From: Trichormus sp. ATA11-4-KO1
GTDB lineage: Bacteria > Cyanobacteriota > Cyanobacteriia > Cyanobacteriales > Nostocaceae
NCBI GenBank assembly: GCA_019358915.1
Contig: JAHHIM010000005.1
Span: forward strand, 64,001-128,000
Reading direction: 5' to 3'
Length of the DNA: 64,000 bases
Shown piece after piece: positions 10,306-21,564 of the stretch. Numbering within the stretch: position 1 is the stretch's first letter; every line of letters begins with the position of its first letter. The notes under the pieces were generated by a model. The model was not told the origin of the DNA. It ran no database searches and worked only from the letters and a program-made list of their open reading frames with translations. A program made the position numbers and the translations under genes.

Positions 10306-11376
10306 CTATTTCATCATTGGCTGTTGATCAAAAGAAACTGGCACATCATTACCTGTAGGCGTTGGATTCTCGGCAGGAGTAGCTGTTTGAGTGGCTTGAC
10401 GCTGTTGTTCTAGCACCTGGGCAATTTGCTGCATTAGCTGTTCAATTTTTTGGGTTTCTTCTAAGTTGCCTTGCTCTTGATATATTGTGTGGGCACGTTT
10501 CAATACTCCACTGGCTTTCTTGAGTTCACCCTGTTTATATAGAATGACTCCCAAGTTATAGTAAGCTGAAGCATTCTGGGGATTTTGGCGAATAGCTTGC
10601 CGATAAACAGAAATTGCTTCTGAAGTTTGACCTTGAATTGCCCTCAAGCTTCCCATGTTGTTATAAGCTGTGGCATTTTTCGGATCTAACTCTAAGGCTT
10701 GTTGATAAGCAGCGATCGCTTCTGGTATCTGTCCTTGTCCTTGCTGGGCGATCGCTAAGTTAAAATAAGCATCAGCATTGGTTCTATCTAAATTAATTGC
10801 TTGCTCGTATGCCGCGATCGCTTCTTGAGCCTGTCCTAATTCATACAGTAATAAACCCAAATTATACTGGGCTGCGGCTCTTGTTGGATCTACCACTAAG
10901 GCTTGACGGTAAGCTGTAATCGCCGCTTCTTTTTGTCCTTGTCGATGCAAGGCTAACCCAAGGTTGTAATAAGTTTCACTCAGATTAGGATTAATTCTCA
11001 GCGCTTCTCCGTATTCTTGGACTGCTACATCCAAGCGATTTTGCATCAGTAGAATATTACCTAAGTAATTACGTGCCATACCCAGAGTAGGATCACGCTG
11101 CAACGCCCGACGAAAGGCAGATTCCGCACCCTGTAAGTCACTACGGTTATAGCGTGTGACTCCCTGCTGGTAAAAGCTAGCTGCTTCCAAATCCTGAGAA
11201 ATGGCATTTTGTGCCAGCAACTTGCTTCCTGGTAAATCCATAATTGTCGGTGCAGCCAACACCAAAAATGCAGAGGCAGCACAGAGAAGTCCCAGATGTG
11301 GCTGCCGCCAGGAGAAAACCGGAGGAAAGCAGCAAAACCACTGACCAATTTGATGCTGTTTATACATAAATGGCAA
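10306..11376 (-). CDS. Tetratricopeptide repeat protein with N-terminal signal/anchor
   Basis: Multiple AYYNLG..A..AY..AL..NP TPR units. Confidence 0.92.
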   Translation of the reverse strand: MPFMYKQHQIGQWFCCFPPVFSWRQPHLGLLCAASAFLVLAAPTIMDLPGSKLLAQNAISQDLEAASFYQQGVTRYNRSDLQGAESAFRRALQRDPTLGMARNYLGNILLMQNRLDVAVQEYGEALRINPNLSETYYNLGLALHRQGQKEAAITAYRQALVVDPTRAAAQYNLGLLLYELGQAQEAIAAYEQAINLDRTNADAYFNLAIAQQGQGQIPEAIAAYQQALELDPKNATAYNNMGSLRAIQGQTSEAISVYRQAIRQNPQNASAYYNLGVILYKQGELKKASGVLKRAHTIYQEQGNLEETQKIEQLMQQIAQVLEQQRQATQTATPAENPTPTGNDVPVSFDQQPMMK

Positions 11377-11455
11377 CTCTGTACTTTTTGTATATCCTTA
11401 TAAGTCAGAGTACCCACCATGAGATGAAAAATTAAAAGTTAAAAATTAAAAATTT

Positions 11456-12646
11456 CTAACTCAGAACTTCTATGGCTTCTGGCAAAATTAGCATAGCATC
11501 ACCAAAGGAATAAAAGCGATATTGAGAGGCGATCGCTTCTTTGTATATATTTAACAAGCGTTGTCTACCAATCAAGGCACTCACCAACATTAGCAAACTG
11601 GAACGCGGCAGGTGGAAATTAGTAATCAGACCTTCGACTACCCGCCATTGGTAACCAGGATAAATAAATAAGTCTGTTTTGCCACAAAATGGTTGTAAAT
11701 CTCCAGATTGAGCTGCTCCTTCTAAGGCGCGGACTACTGTTGTTCCCACGGCAATAATCCGACCACCAGCTGCTTGAGTGGCACGGATTTGCTCTACTGT
11801 TTCCGGGGGAACTTCAATCCATTCTTCATGCATCTGGTGACTTGTCACGTCTTCCACTTCCACGGGACGAAATGTGCCCACGCCAACGTGTAATGTCACA
11901 AAAGCTTGATTAATTCCGCGATCGCGCAACTTTTCTAGCAATTCTGGAGTAAAGTGTAATCCTGCTGTAGGCGCAGCGATCGCTCCTGGCTGTTGAGCGT
12001 AAACTGTTTGATATTGTTCATCAGCAGCCGTCGATGCCGTAATATAAGGTGGTAGGGGTATTTCACCGAATTCATCTAACAGTTGTACCAAAGATTGTCC
12101 TTCGGGCACATCAAATTGCAATAAACGCCCTCCAGTCGCTGCATCTGTTTCTAGGACTGTGGCGGTTAGCTGAGTGGGGCGTGAGGAAGAATATTTTTGA
12201 CCACTAATCACCAGTCCCCTTGGTTTAAAAATAATCTTGGTTCCTCGTTTGAAGCGTTTTCCTGGCTTGACTAAGGCTAACCAACAGTTATGTTGGCGTT
12301 CTTCCACAAGCAAAACCTCTATTTCTGCACCAGTAGATTTACGCCCATACAGACGCGCTGGAATAACTTTAGTATTATTTATAACTAACAAGTCGCCAGT
12401 GCGTAGTAACTCTGGTAAGTCTCGAAAAATGTGGTTTAGAGGTGCTGTTTCTTTACCTGTAGTGGGAGAATTGATCACCAATAAACGCGAGCTATCTCTG
12501 GGAAATACGGGATTTTGAGCAATGAGTTCAGTTGGTAGTGCGTAGTCATACCCAGCTAATGAACAGTCTAAATTCACATCTTTTGGCTCTTGTTGAGAAA
12601 GCTTATCTAAATTAGTATGTGCTATTTGTGGCTTCATTGAATTCAT
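11456..12646 (-). CDS. queA: S-adenosylmethionine:tRNA ribosyltransferase-isomerase
   Basis: [49 protein letters not shown]. Confidence 0.97.
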   Translation of the reverse strand: MNSMKPQIAHTNLDKLSQQEPKDVNLDCSLAGYDYALPTELIAQNPVFPRDSSRLLVINSPTTGKETAPLNHIFRDLPELLRTGDLLVINNTKVIPARLYGRKSTGAEIEVLLVEERQHNCWLALVKPGKRFKRGTKIIFKPRGLVISGQKYSSSRPTQLTATVLETDAATGGRLLQFDVPEGQSLVQLLDEFGEIPLPPYITASTAADEQYQTVYAQQPGAIAAPTAGLHFTPELLEKLRDRGINQAFVTLHVGVGTFRPVEVEDVTSHQMHEEWIEVPPETVEQIRATQAAGGRIIAVGTTVVRALEGAAQSGDLQPFCGKTDLFIYPGYQWRVVEGLITNFHLPRSSLLMLVSALIGRQRLLNIYKEAIASQYRFYSFGDAMLILPEAIEVLS

Positions 12647-12868
12647 CCCGCCTTCAACAATTTAGTTGGAGATTTTCCAGAGAAATGCTCAATTTCATCT
12701 TGAGACTATTAAGATTGATCCTATTAGGTTAGGTAACACGGAAGCATCACGATAAAAATTGGGTAAACCTCCCCATACGAAAACGGGGGCTTTTACCCTA
12801 CCGGGAACAGCGATCTATTGACGAAGATAGATATGTAGGATTGGCTTTGATCCCAAGCAGCAACCAAT

Positions 12869-13258
12869 ATGGAATATTTGTATTACCTGGCAAATGCCAG
12901 TCTAACTCTGAGGGTCGTTCAACATCTGCACGCCAGACCCCAGATGCCCGTTTCTTTCGTCACCGTTATTCATCAAATTGATGGCTGGGTGGTGAGGATC
13001 AAACTCAAAAGTCAAATTTCTCCCCAAGAGGATGGTGACTTTCGGGCTTTTCTCAATGAATTAGGAATTACCTATGAGCCACCAATGCGGGTGCAAATGG
13101 CACTTTGGAGCTTAGAAGCGGGACAGTGCCCAGTGGACGTAATGCGCCGCTATCAAGTAGCGATCGTTTCTCATGGTAGCCCAGAGAGAGAAGAAATTGA
13201 AGCGTTCCGCCAACAATTCGTCCGGGGGCTGGGCTACTGTCCAGAAACACTGGCGTGA
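12869..13258 (+). CDS. Conserved cyanobacterial hypothetical protein
   Basis: 129 aa ORF with protein-like composition, divergent from queA. Confidence 0.8.
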   Translation: MEYLYYLANASLTLRVVQHLHARPQMPVSFVTVIHQIDGWVVRIKLKSQISPQEDGDFRAFLNELGITYEPPMRVQMALWSLEAGQCPVDVMRRYQVAIVSHGSPEREEIEAFRQQFVRGLGYCPETLA

Positions 13259-13371
13259 TATTGTTCGGTGGCAGCGCTGATACTAGAGAATTGGTATTGG
13301 TAATTGGTAAACAGAGATATTTGATCCATGACTAATACCAGTCAGCCAATTTGAGAATTAGGCTACAGTCA

Positions 13372-13878
13372 TCAGCTCTCACTGGAAAAGTCAAAAGCTG
13401 CTGGAATATACTCTTGCAGTTCAAATTGGTATCCGGATGTTGAGAAGCTAGCTAAAGCTGTTGGAGTCGGTGTCAGCTCAGTACTCTGTTTTAATATTCG
13501 CTGACAGTAAACAATGGCAACGTCAAAGCGACAGGGGTAGTCAGCTTTTTCAGGATACTTAACTAAAAACATTCCCGCCGTCCGCCAGATTTTTGCTTGC
13601 TTTTGTGGTGTGATAGCACTTCTACCTCCTGCATCCCAACTGCCTTGACTGCGAGTTTTCACTTCGACAAATGCCACTTGGGGCAATTGGCTGACAGAAA
13701 GATTTTTTTTACTGCTTGGTTGCTTTCCCTGTTGTTGGGCAATAATATCGATTTCTCCCCATCGGCTCGAAAAGCGACGCTGCAAAATCATCCAACCTGT
13801 AGACTGTAACCATTGTGCTACCAGGTCTTCTCCTAATTCACCAATATCGGGATAATGAGAGGGAGGAGGGTTCGCCAT
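13372..13878 (-). CDS. YraN family (UPF0102) putative nuclease
   Basis: [26 protein letters not shown]. Confidence 0.92.
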   Translation of the reverse strand: MANPPPSHYPDIGELGEDLVAQWLQSTGWMILQRRFSSRWGEIDIIAQQQGKQPSSKKNLSVSQLPQVAFVEVKTRSQGSWDAGGRSAITPQKQAKIWRTAGMFLVKYPEKADYPCRFDVAIVYCQRILKQSTELTPTPTALASFSTSGYQFELQEYIPAAFDFSSES

Positions 13879-13887
13879 TGGTTCAAA

Positions 13888-14403
13888 ATGATGATAAATT
13901 TTAAATTAAGTAATCGAATTTGGACAAGCATACTCAGTGTATTGCTTTGGGCAGTAGTTGGCATGACAACAACTGTAGGGTTTGTGCCAACAGCTTTAGC
14001 CCTTGAATATAACAAAGAAATTTTGGTAGAAGCTGATTTTTCCGGACGTGATTTAACAGACTCTAGTTTTACCAAAGCTAATCTCCGCCAGAGTGACTTT
14101 AGCAATGCTAATTTGCGCGGTGTGAGTTTCTTCGCGGCAAATTTAGAGTCGGCAAATTTGGCAAATGCTGACCTCACAAATGCCACTTTAGATTCAGCTC
14201 GCTTGATTAAAGCAAATTTGACAAATGCGGTGCTAGAGGGTGCGTTTGCGGCTAACGCTAGATTTGATGGTGCAACTATCGATGGCGCAGATTTTACAGA
14301 TGTGCTGCTACGCCAAGATGAGCAAAAAAAATTGTGCCAACTGGCTAAAGGTACTAATCCAGTTACAGGAAGAGATACACGGGATACGTTGTTTTGTCCG
14401 TAG
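13888..14403 (+). CDS. Pentapeptide repeat protein, probably lumenal or periplasmic
   Basis: Signal peptide ending ALA, A(D/N)Lxx repeats, C-terminal [15 protein letters not shown]; exact start uncertain. Confidence 0.9.
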   Translation: MMINFKLSNRIWTSILSVLLWAVVGMTTTVGFVPTALALEYNKEILVEADFSGRDLTDSSFTKANLRQSDFSNANLRGVSFFAANLESANLANADLTNATLDSARLIKANLTNAVLEGAFAANARFDGATIDGADFTDVLLRQDEQKKLCQLAKGTNPVTGRDTRDTLFCP

Positions 14404-14536
14404 TGGAAATCAGGGGATGGAGGGAGATTTTTGTACTCTCCTGTAATCCTCTTCTTAAAAATTAAAAGATAGTGGTTCAGTGGTGTGAGATCATTATCAT
14501 TAAAGATTATCAATATGGTCTAAAGACGATCAATGA

Positions 14537-15514
<978 letters not shown>

Positions 15515-15554
15515 TCTTAAGCTTACTTGGTTAGTGAGCAAATCTGAAACTCTG

Positions 15555-15601
15555 CCCCGCTTTTAGCTGGCGTTAAAACCGCCCTTGATCGCAAGCGGGG
15601 C
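15555..15601. terminator. Hairpin between convergent genes, possible bidirectional terminator
   Basis: GCCCCGCTT..AAGCGGGGC. Confidence 0.5.
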
Positions 15602-15679
15602 TAAATCATGGGTAAATGGCTCTAAATTCTGGTAACTTTGGCTAACTGCATCGTCATAGCCTTGAAGATCATCTTTCCT

Positions 15680-16291
15680 TTACTTTTGAGGCCAGCGCCA
15701 ATTGTAGCGATTCCATTCATAGATACCTTGAATTTCGTACTCAGCGCCATTGTAGAAGCGGACGACGCAATTAGTAGGAAAACCATCGCCATCGTGAATT
15801 TCATCCACTTGCAGCACCATGCAGGGAAACCATTCACGCTTACAAGGGCCATCGTCTTGTACCCATTCCCACATAGCGTTGGAAACTTCAATGCGATCGC
15901 CTACTCTCAGCTTTAGTGCATCCTCATAGTAAGAATACTTATCAAAATGACATGATTCTACACGATTGAGCCACTGCAAACCGTAGCTTTGACGAATAAA
16001 TTGTACTTCTCCAGAGTCGTTATTATGCAGCCAGTCATTGAGTAATTGCACTTTCCACGTGCGATTTTGTTGTTCCTCTATTTTAACGAACTGTAAAAAC
16101 GCCTCCAATTCCTCAGGAGTCAGTTCGTCTAAGGGATTGGCAATATCTGACATCCTGGAGTGAGAATTTCCAGGAATTTGCTCAACTACTCGCAGTAATA
16201 TCTGTTTCTGCATATCAGTGAGAGGACAACTAGCTGCATCACAACTATTAAAGGCTGCTTGCAAGGCTGTTTCAATCTCATCTGGAGTCAT
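15680..16291 (-). CDS. Conserved hypothetical protein
   Basis: 203 aa ORF with a Trp-rich C-terminal domain. Confidence 0.8.
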   Translation of the reverse strand: MTPDEIETALQAAFNSCDAASCPLTDMQKQILLRVVEQIPGNSHSRMSDIANPLDELTPEELEAFLQFVKIEEQQNRTWKVQLLNDWLHNNDSGEVQFIRQSYGLQWLNRVESCHFDKYSYYEDALKLRVGDRIEVSNAMWEWVQDDGPCKREWFPCMVLQVDEIHDGDGFPTNCVVRFYNGAEYEIQGIYEWNRYNWRWPQK

Positions 16292-16389
16292 AAGTTAATC
16301 GCAATTGAAGGGATTGTTTTTCTAATTATTACAAAAGATAAATAAAAGTCTCCAACCTCCAAGTCGTAAAATTCAGGTAAGCTGATGTT

Positions 16390-16614
16390 ACGGTACAGTG
16401 AGGCACACCGAAACCTCTCTCAAAAATGGGAGAAAAGCTTGAGGAAATCAAACCCTCTAGCTTAAACTTAAACCGAACCGACTGATAGATTCGTTTTATA
16501 TACGCTCTAATTGGTTAGGAGATTGCCGCAAGGACTTTTTAAGTTAAGTTGGGTCGCTGAACCAAGAATCCCCTACTCTTAAGAGTGGGGAATGTCAAAA
16601 GTTGCATGTTTTTT
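16390..16614 (+). ncRNA. Orphan TnpB omegaRNA-like scaffold / IS200-IS605 right end (no tnpB)
   Basis: GTACAGTGAGGCACACCGAAAC..AAGCTTGAGGA..GTCGCTGAACCAAGAATCCCCTACTCTTAAGAGTGGGGAATGTCAA, matching the recalled pattern of cyanobacterial tnpB 3' ends with a terminal hairpin plus TCAA. Confidence 0.72.
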
Positions 16615-16636
16615 GGATGAAGTTACGGGGTCTTTT

Positions 16637-17068
16637 ATGCGGTTGCGCTCACTCACCGTCATTTTTATTTCCTGCTTGATTACATTTATCTCGTGGGTGT
16701 TTACGCCTCAGTCCATAGCGTTGACACAGATTAAACTATTTGATGTTTCCTATAAGGATTGTCCACCAGAACTAGCAGAAGGTGCTGTGATTAGTAGTGG
16801 TAGTGCAGCTGCCAATTGCTTTATTGTCACTGGTAAGGCAGAAAATGGTACTTACAAAACAGTTTATGACGCAGATATCTTTGGACGCATCTATGATGCC
16901 AATAATAACCCGGTGATGCAAAATCGCACCCGTCTGGGATCTATTACTGAGGTTCCGCCTGGTGTCAGTGATTTTGAATTGAGAATTTCTGTGCCGGCAA
17001 ATCAGCCAGAACCTTTAAAACTGAAGCAGTTTAAAGCTGCTGGATTTAGCGGCCAAGTGCGGAGGTAA
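16637..17068 (+). CDS. Conserved exported hypothetical protein
   Basis: Signal peptide, Cys pair, beta-rich domain; start placed at MRLRSL. Confidence 0.82.
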   Translation: MRLRSLTVIFISCLITFISWVFTPQSIALTQIKLFDVSYKDCPPELAEGAVISSGSAAANCFIVTGKAENGTYKTVYDADIFGRIYDANNNPVMQNRTRLGSITEVPPGVSDFELRISVPANQPEPLKLKQFKAAGFSGQVRR

Positions 17069-17097
17069 TTCGTAATTCGTAATTCGTAATTCGTAAT
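17066..17097. repeat. STRR heptamer tandem (TAATTCG)x4
   Basis: Direct reading; the same unit occurs inverted at 62512-62544. Confidence 0.9.
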
Positions 17098-17225
17098 CAA
17101 TTACCGTCTTCAGTCATCTATTGGGTTGACGTCAGGAAACCTAACATTATTACCAGCGTTGGTTTTTGCCACGCTACTATCCATTTATTCTTCATCTACC
17201 CAATCCCCTGTGTCCATAATAAAAA

Positions 17226-17260
17226 TTGTAGAGACGATTTTACCCTGAACGTCTCTACAA
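17226..17260. repeat. REP-like palindrome
   Basis: TTGTAGAGACG..CGTCTCTACAA. Confidence 0.7.
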
Positions 17261-17291
17261 AAGTTGGTATTGGAGTAATAACGAGTAATAA

Positions 17292-17570
17292 CTAAAATCC
17301 TTGTACAAATGACATGGTAGTGAGGGTTCTCAGTAAGCCACCAATTAAATTAAGTGCCAAAAAGGCCAGGATAGGGGATAAATCTATACCGCCCAATGGA
17401 GGAATAATTGAGCGGAAAAGATTAAGATAAGGGTCAGTTACCTGGCTCAAAGCTGCAAAGGGCTGATTGTACCAGTTGATTGTTGGGAACCAGGTTAGTA
17501 AAACTCGAATAATCAGCAAATAGCTATAGAAGGTGATGAAGGTCGCCAAAGTGGTAAACAGTAAATTCAT
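17292..17570 (-). CDS. ylmG: YggT/YlmG family membrane protein
   Basis: RVLLTWFP, TDPYLNLFRSIIPPLGGIDLSPILA. Confidence 0.93.
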   Translation of the reverse strand: MNLLFTTLATFITFYSYLLIIRVLLTWFPTINWYNQPFAALSQVTDPYLNLFRSIIPPLGGIDLSPILAFLALNLIGGLLRTLTTMSFVQGF

Positions 17571-17701
17571 GGATAAGTTAGTTTCCTGCTAAGTGTCAAA
17601 AATGGTCTTATTATTGATTTTAATTTAGTCTATGTCATGAAATGTGCGGATTGCCGCATTGAATAACCACATTTAGCATCTTCACTAAATCTCAGCCAGC
17701 C

Positions 17702-18052
17702 TCAGGAGTCTTTGGTGAGTGAGCGGTCATTAACTGACTGGGTGGAACTGCCATTAACATTTCCCAGTTGCTGCCGAACTTCATCAATTGTGGCATTCAG
17801 CTGGGCAATTTTATCTTCTAGCGATCGCCTTGCTGTTTCCATTTCCATGCCTTCACTATCTGAAGCGAACATTTGTCGTCGTTTCGCCGCTACTTTCTTA
17901 GTCGCTGTTTGGCCATTAATCAGTTCGGCTTCTTCTGCTGTTAATTCGCCATCCCGTCGGGAAGCAATCACAGCCCCAAGAATCCCACCTACTACGCTAC
18001 CAAAAACCGCTCCTGCCAAAAAACCACTGGCAAAACCATCACGTTGACTCAT
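17702..18052 (-). CDS. Conserved hypothetical protein (Gly-rich TM helix plus coiled coil)
   Basis: GFLAGAVFGSVVGGILG, ARRSLEDKIAQLN; lies between upp and ylmG. Confidence 0.85.
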   Translation of the reverse strand: MSQRDGFASGFLAGAVFGSVVGGILGAVIASRRDGELTAEEAELINGQTATKKVAAKRRQMFASDSEGMEMETARRSLEDKIAQLNATIDEVRQQLGNVNGSSTQSVNDRSLTKDS

Positions 18053-18128
18053 AACTTTACCGCCTTGAAGAAATTTTGCAACTTTTACATTTAGTTAAGC
18101 TATTTTCCTTCCCTAGCTGCATACTAGC

Positions 18129-18779
18129 TTATGTCCCAAAGGTGCGATCGCCTGCATCTCCTAATCCCGGTACAATATACCCCTTGTCATTGACTATTTC
18201 GTCAATAGTTGCAGTGTAAATTATTAAACCTGGGTATGCCGCGCTCAGTTTTTGCAAAGCTGGCGGAGCTGCCACTACACAAACAATTCGCGTCAATGCC
18301 GGATCAATACCCCGTTGTGTTAATTCTGCCATTGCCGTCATCATGGACCCACCCGTTGCTAACATCGGATCGGTAATTAACACCCTTGTTTGAGGGTCAA
18401 ATTTTTCTGGCAATTTATTTAAATAACAATTTGGTTGCAGCGTTTCTTCGTTTCGCACCAAACCCAGATGGTAAATTGCAGCCAAAGGTAGTATGGTTTG
18501 CGCTCCCTCTAGTAATCCTAGTCCTGCCCGGAGAATCGGCACAACTGCCACAGGTACTTCTGGATTAATCAAAGTTGCTGGACAGGAATCTAAAGGACTC
18601 TGCACCATTGTTTCTAAAGTCGGCAACCATTCTCGCGCCGCTTCGTAAGTCAGCCATCGCCCCAACTCAGTCATGGCACTACGGAATAATACTGTAGGTG
18701 TGGCAGCATCACGGGCAACTGCCAGCCAGTGCTTGATTAAAGGATGGGGTGGAACATAAACACGCAGTTGTACCGTCAT
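18129..18779 (-). CDS. upp: Uracil phosphoribosyltransferase
   Basis: VPILRAGLG, DPMLATGGS, YIVPGLGDAGDRTFGT. Confidence 0.98.
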   Translation of the reverse strand: MTVQLRVYVPPHPLIKHWLAVARDAATPTVLFRSAMTELGRWLTYEAAREWLPTLETMVQSPLDSCPATLINPEVPVAVVPILRAGLGLLEGAQTILPLAAIYHLGLVRNEETLQPNCYLNKLPEKFDPQTRVLITDPMLATGGSMMTAMAELTQRGIDPALTRIVCVVAAPPALQKLSAAYPGLIIYTATIDEIVNDKGYIVPGLGDAGDRTFGT

Positions 18780-18876
18780 AGCCAGAATTAGGCACTTTTA
18801 TTCTATAAGAACTGAAACATCATAATACTCTTTCCTGCGTACTGCTGACAGCTAAAATCAGCACCGCCAAAATTAT

Positions 18877-18930
18877 TGAAAATATTTTTCATTAATAGTT
18901 GACATCTATTCTCAATCAAAGTTATATTAT
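18877..18930 (+). promoter_or_regulatory. IsaR1 promoter with two Fur-box-like sites
   Basis: TGAAAATATTTTTCA (18877-18891) and TGACATCTATTCTCA (18900-18914) resemble the 7-1-7 Fur box; -35 TTGACA at 18899, -10 TATATT/TATTAT at about 18923-18930. Confidence 0.7.
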
Positions 18931-18934
18931 TAAT

Positions 18935-19004
18935 CAGTGTTCTCCTCTCTTTAAGGATCGGCAGACGGGATTAGCCAGCAGTTGCAGGCTTGTCCCTCTT
19001 TTTT
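18935..19004 (+). ncRNA. isaR1: Iron-stress activated sRNA IsaR1 homolog
   Basis: About 70 nt; anti-SD-like seed GTGTTCTCCTCTC; terminator GGGATTAGCC..GGCTTGTCCC plus U run; upp/crtH neighbourhood as recalled for IsaR1. Confidence 0.8.
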
Positions 19005-19194
19005 GTGTATGGGAAGCAATAAATTCAAAACTTTCAAATCCAATTGTGACAAGTATCTTGTTCGCTGAATTTTAGCTAATTCAATACAAAGCAATACTTC
19101 TAGGAATATAAAGAATAAATTACGTATAATTGATTTAATTCAAAGTTATATAAAATACTATTTTATTGGTTAATTTTATCTAGTATCTGGCTCT

Positions 19195-20703
19195 ATGTCT
19201 CCATCCTCGAATCCTGAATTTGATGTAATTGTCATTGGCTCTGGTATTGGTGGCTTAGTAACAGCAACCCAGCTAGTAGCCAAGCAAGCTAAGGTGCTGG
19301 TACTAGAATGTTATTTAATTCCTGGTGGCAGTTCCGGCTATTTTGAACGCCAAGGCTATCGATTTGATGTTGGCGCGTCAATGATTTTTGGATTTGGGCA
19401 AAATGGTACTACGAATTTACTCACCCGTGCCCTTAATGCTGTGCATGTTAGCCAACAAACAATTGTTGATCCTGTACAGATTCACTATCACTTGCCCAAT
19501 CAATTAAACCTGAAAGTTGAGCGGGTTTATGATAACTTTTTGCAAAATCTTATTGCTTATTTCCGCCATGAAGAAAAAGGTATTCGTCGCTTTTATGACG
19601 AATGTTGGCAGGTTTTTAATTGCCTGAACAGCATAGATTTACTGTCGTTAGAAGAACCTCGGTATCTCATGCGGACATTTTTTCAGCATCCTTTGGCGTG
19701 TCTGGGTTTAGTCAAATATCTCCCGCAAAATGTGGGAGATGTGGCACGGCGCTACATTAAAGACCCTGAATTATTGAAATTTATTGATATGGAGTGTTAT
19801 TGCTGGTCTGTGGTTTCAGCCGACATGACACCAATGATTAATGCCGGCATGGTCTTTTCTGATAGACACTATGGTGGAGTTAACTACCCCAAAGGAGGGG
19901 TAGGGCAAATAGCTCAAAAATTAGTAGAAGGTTTAGAAAAAGCAGGCGGTAAGATTCAATACCAAGCCAAAGTCACAAAAATTCTCACCGAAAGGGGACG
20001 AGCCATCGGTGTACAATTAGCTAATGGTAAAGTTTATCATGGTAAATGCATAGTTTCTAATGCTACACGTTGGGATACTTTTGAAAAATTACTACCTGTA
20101 GAGGAAAAACCTCGTAATGAGAAAAAATGGCAACAATGCTATCAAAAATCGCCAAGTTTTCTGAGTTTGTATATGGGGGTAAAAAGATCAGTATTGCCTG
20201 ATGGGACAGAGTGCCATCATATAATTCTGGAAGATTGGCAAAAAATGGCAGCACCAGCAGGGACTATTTTTGTTTCAATTCCCACATTGCTTGACCCAGA
20301 TTTAGCACCAGAGGGATATCATATCCTTCACGCCTTCACACCTCACTGGATTGATGATTGGCAAGGACTATCTGCAAGTGAGTACGAGGCGAAGAAAGAA
20401 GAGGCTGCTTGGCAAATTATCGACAGGCTCGAAAAGATTTTTCCTGGTTTAGACGCTGGCTTAGATTATCTGGAAGTAGGGACACCCCGCACTCATCGCC
20501 GCTTTTTAGGGCGGGAGGATGGGACTTATGGGCCAATTCCCCGGCGTAAGTTACTGGGGTTGTTAGCCATGCCATTTAATAGAACAGCTATTCCTGGACT
20601 TTATTGTGTGGGTGATAGTACCTTTCCAGGACAGGGGTTAAATGCGGTGGCATTTTCTGGTTTTGCTTGCGCTCATCGTATAGCCGTTGATTTGGGATTG
20701 TAG
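19195..20703 (+). CDS. crtH: Carotenoid cis-trans isomerase
   Basis: VIGSGIGG FAD motif, FDVGASMIFG, TPMINAGMVFSDRHYGG, GDSTFPGQGLNAVAFSG. Confidence 0.93.
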   Translation: MSPSSNPEFDVIVIGSGIGGLVTATQLVAKQAKVLVLECYLIPGGSSGYFERQGYRFDVGASMIFGFGQNGTTNLLTRALNAVHVSQQTIVDPVQIHYHLPNQLNLKVERVYDNFLQNLIAYFRHEEKGIRRFYDECWQVFNCLNSIDLLSLEEPRYLMRTFFQHPLACLGLVKYLPQNVGDVARRYIKDPELLKFIDMECYCWSVVSADMTPMINAGMVFSDRHYGGVNYPKGGVGQIAQKLVEGLEKAGGKIQYQAKVTKILTERGRAIGVQLANGKVYHGKCIVSNATRWDTFEKLLPVEEKPRNEKKWQQCYQKSPSFLSLYMGVKRSVLPDGTECHHIILEDWQKMAAPAGTIFVSIPTLLDPDLAPEGYHILHAFTPHWIDDWQGLSASEYEAKKEEAAWQIIDRLEKIFPGLDAGLDYLEVGTPRTHRRFLGREDGTYGPIPRRKLLGLLAMPFNRTAIPGLYCVGDSTFPGQGLNAVAFSGFACAHRIAVDLGL

Positions 20704-20787
20704 AGTATTCCCAAGAAAACATAATTCAAAAATTCAGCACAAGTAGGATACTATCGGTTTTTGGAGAATAAAAATGTGAACGTAACA

Positions 20788-21129
20788 ATGAGAGCTGAAG
20801 CAGAAAGCGATCGCAGGCTGACTTGTGAAGTTGAAACTACACTAAAACTAATTGGCGGACGCTGGAAGGTTTTGATTATTCGAGAATTAATCACAGATGT
20901 AAAACGCTTTGGGGAATTACAGCGAGCTTTGCCTGGAATTACGCAAAAAATGCTCACTCAGCAACTCAGAGAAATGGCAGAACATGGTATCATACACCGA
21001 GAAGTTTATGCACAAATTCCCCCCAAGGTAGAATACTCATTGACAAGCTTGGGGGAAAGTTTAAAACCGATTCTTTATGCAATGCATGAATGGGCTATTC
21101 AGCACTCTTCGCAAATCAACAAAAAGTAA
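20788..21129 (+). CDS. HxlR family winged-helix regulator
   Basis: IGGRWKVLII, ITQKMLTQQLRE, PPKVEYSLT. Confidence 0.93.
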   Translation: MRAEAESDRRLTCEVETTLKLIGGRWKVLIIRELITDVKRFGELQRALPGITQKMLTQQLREMAEHGIIHREVYAQIPPKVEYSLTSLGESLKPILYAMHEWAIQHSSQINKK

Positions 21130-21141
21130 ATTGATTGTGAT

Positions 21142-21537
21142 TTATCCGTTGCTTTGTAAATATTCAATCGCCGCCTCTAATTTGGAGGGGTAACTTTCAG
21201 AAAATCTTTCAAACCAAAGTCCTTCTGGCGAGAAGGGATCTAATTTTTCTAACCATTCTTGTGCCTGATGTTTTAAAGCTTCTAGTTTTTTGGCTTGGAT
21301 TTGTACTTGTCTAATTTTTTCTTGTTCTAGTTCTTGCTGTCTTCTCAAATCCTCAGCTTCATCCTGTGCGGCGAAATCAGCTTTAACTTCTGCCAACAGG
21401 TTATCTACTATAGATAAAGATTTTGGTAGCTGTGGAGTCAATGATTTGGCTGTATTTGGTTGTGGTTGTTTTGCTGCGGGTGTTGCTTCATCATATTCAG
21501 CCTTGAGTTGAGCTAGCAGCTTATCAATAGAGTCCAT
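21142..21537 (-). CDS. Slr1339-like (salt-stress) family protein
   Basis: MDSIDKLLAQLKAEY, EGLWFERFSESYPSKLEAAIEYL. Confidence 0.7.
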   Translation of the reverse strand: MDSIDKLLAQLKAEYDEATPAAKQPQPNTAKSLTPQLPKSLSIVDNLLAEVKADFAAQDEAEDLRRQQELEQEKIRQVQIQAKKLEALKHQAQEWLEKLDPFSPEGLWFERFSESYPSKLEAAIEYLQSNG

Positions 21538-21564
21538 TATGCTAAATCTTAATAACAGCGATCG

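Noticed and set aside
13833..14513. 226-aa minus-strand ORF
   Set aside because: Antisense shadow of the pentapeptide repeat gene
17066..17097. Tandem repeats here and at 31228-31322 and 62474-62544 as possible CRISPR arrays
   Set aside because: 7-nt units without spacers (STRRs); no repeat-spacer array or cas gene was seen in the window
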